This document shows, one piece after another, positions 62,972-64,000 of a stretch of 64,000 nt of DNA. Origin of the DNA: a virus. Its lineage: Duplodnaviria > Caudoviricetes. The DNA lies in IMG/VR virus record IMGVR_UViG_3300010163_003556, positions 3,687 through 67,686 of that record; one strand, written 5' to 3'. The translations under genes were made by a program, and so were the position numbers. The notes under the pieces were generated by a model, which was not told where the DNA came from, did no database searches, and worked only from the letters and a program-made list of their open reading frames with translations. Position 1 is the stretch's first letter; each line of letters begins with the position of its first letter.

Positions 62972-64000
62972 ATGGCAAAAAGTTTTTGGGACGAGTTCAA
63001 GGATATGTTCAAGTCCGACTCGGAAAAAGCCGCGGAGAGGCAGGAGTCTATAAACGACGCGCTCGAAAAGGAGAAGTCGATTACGGAACAGCTTGCCGCG
63101 CTGGAAAAGGAATACAACGACAGCCTTCCTAAGGAGGAGGAAATAGACGTTGAAAAGCTGTTCCCTTCCGACTCGGGACTCAAAGAGATCGAGTACAGTG
63201 CCGCCACGGACGATGATATCGAGAGACTTGCAAGAGCGGAGAGCGAATACGGCAAAAAGACGGATACGGACGCGCTTAACAGCAGTTACGCCAACAGAAA
63301 AGACGCGCTCGAAAATGCCAAAGCAAGTGCGGATAAGTCGCTTGACGCAAGCTATAAGAAGCTCGAACAGCTTTACAACGAGCTGCGAGAAAAGACGGAA
63401 AACGACACTATCAAAAGAGGAATTGCAAGGAGCAGTATAGCGTCTACCCGAATAGACGACCTGAACCGCGCGCAGATGAAAGGGGCAAGCGAGCTTGAAA
63501 AATCCTATAACAGCAATATTTCGGATCTCGATACGCAAATAGAACGGCTCGAAGCCGACAGGGAAAATGCGCTTAACGATCTTGACCTCAAATACGCAGT
63601 TCAGCTTGACGAGAGAATAGGCGAGCTTAAAAAAGAAAGGGACGAGACGGTGAAAAAGTACGAGACGTATAACGCAAACATCCGCGAAAAAGAAAAGAAG
63701 TTTCAGAAGCAGAGAGAAGAGGATATTGCGGACTATCTCGCAAAAAAGGAAAAGGAAAAGCAGGACGCCCTTCAAAAGCAGGAGGAATACGAAAAGAAGT
63801 ACGGCTACTCGGGAGCAAAGCAGGATAACTATGCAAAGCGTTACGATATAGCTTTTGATTTTTATTCGTCGCTTTCTCCTGAAATAGCCGCGGACGCACT
63901 GCAAGCTTCTCCGAGCATGAAATATTATCTCGGGCAGTATTACGACAAACTGCTCTCGGCATTAAAAAACAGCACTAAAGAAACTACGCTTATATTCTGA
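62972..64000 (+). CDS. Charged coiled-coil protein (possible internal virion / ejection protein)
   Basis: 342 aa, E/K-rich helical, RGIARSSIA motif; complete, with stop at 63998-64000. Confidence 0.65.
   Translation: MAKSFWDEFKDMFKSDSEKAAERQESINDALEKEKSITEQLAALEKEYNDSLPKEEEIDVEKLFPSDSGLKEIEYSAATDDDIERLARAESEYGKKTDTDALNSSYANRKDALENAKASADKSLDASYKKLEQLYNELREKTENDTIKRGIARSSIASTRIDDLNRAQMKGASELEKSYNSNISDLDTQIERLEADRENALNDLDLKYAVQLDERIGELKKERDETVKKYETYNANIREKEKKFQKQREEDIADYLAKKEKEKQDALQKQEEYEKKYGYSGAKQDNYAKRYDIAFDFYSSLSPEIAADALQASPSMKYYLGQYYDKLLSALKNSTKETTLIF

Noticed and set aside
1-64000. tRNA, tmRNA or rRNA genes; stop-codon reassignment
   Set aside because: No T-arm/D-arm cloverleaf or rRNA-like sequence was noticed. 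Genes end normally at TAA, TAG and TGA, so the in-frame fusions are not due to recoding.

Overview
The window shows a nested architecture in a Clostridia-like (Firmicutes) genome. The flanks (1-1829 and 60305-64000) belong to one compact podovirus-like virion gene cluster: T7-type scaffold, major capsid protein (MCP), adaptor, nozzle-like protein and a coiled-coil protein. Its MCP gene is split by a ~58.5 kb siphovirus-like prophage (about 1830-60304) that ends in tandem large serine recombinases. Rejoining the ends at a GG dinucleotide restores the frame (...CERPY-G-QAKLT...) and gives a ~459 aa capsid protein ending in an InlB B-repeat. The prophage has five parts. (i) A 2-18 kb cargo region: a WYL regulator, a candidate defence operon (C5 methyltransferase, MORC/GHKL ATPase, Mrr-SF2 helicase, unknown protein), a tandem Rho-N-like protein, a third serine recombinase with three paralogues of its own C-terminal domain, several XRE regulators with shared palindromic operators, a metallophosphoesterase, a SLOG protein, and a small HNH gene behind a ~340 nt structured leader. 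(ii) An SOS-box-controlled lexA-umuC-yolD-like cassette. (iii) A replication module (SNF2 helicase, primase-helicase, VRR-NUC). (iv) A cos/HK97-type packaging module interleaved with methyltransferases, a PAPS-reductase-like/MetK fusion, an ART-like protein, amidoligase and GGCT, with five copies of one non-canonical promoter. (v) Head and tail genes and holins, with no recognisable endolysin. No tRNA, rRNA, CRISPR array or reverse transcriptase was seen. All family assignments come from motif recognition by eye; no database searches were run.
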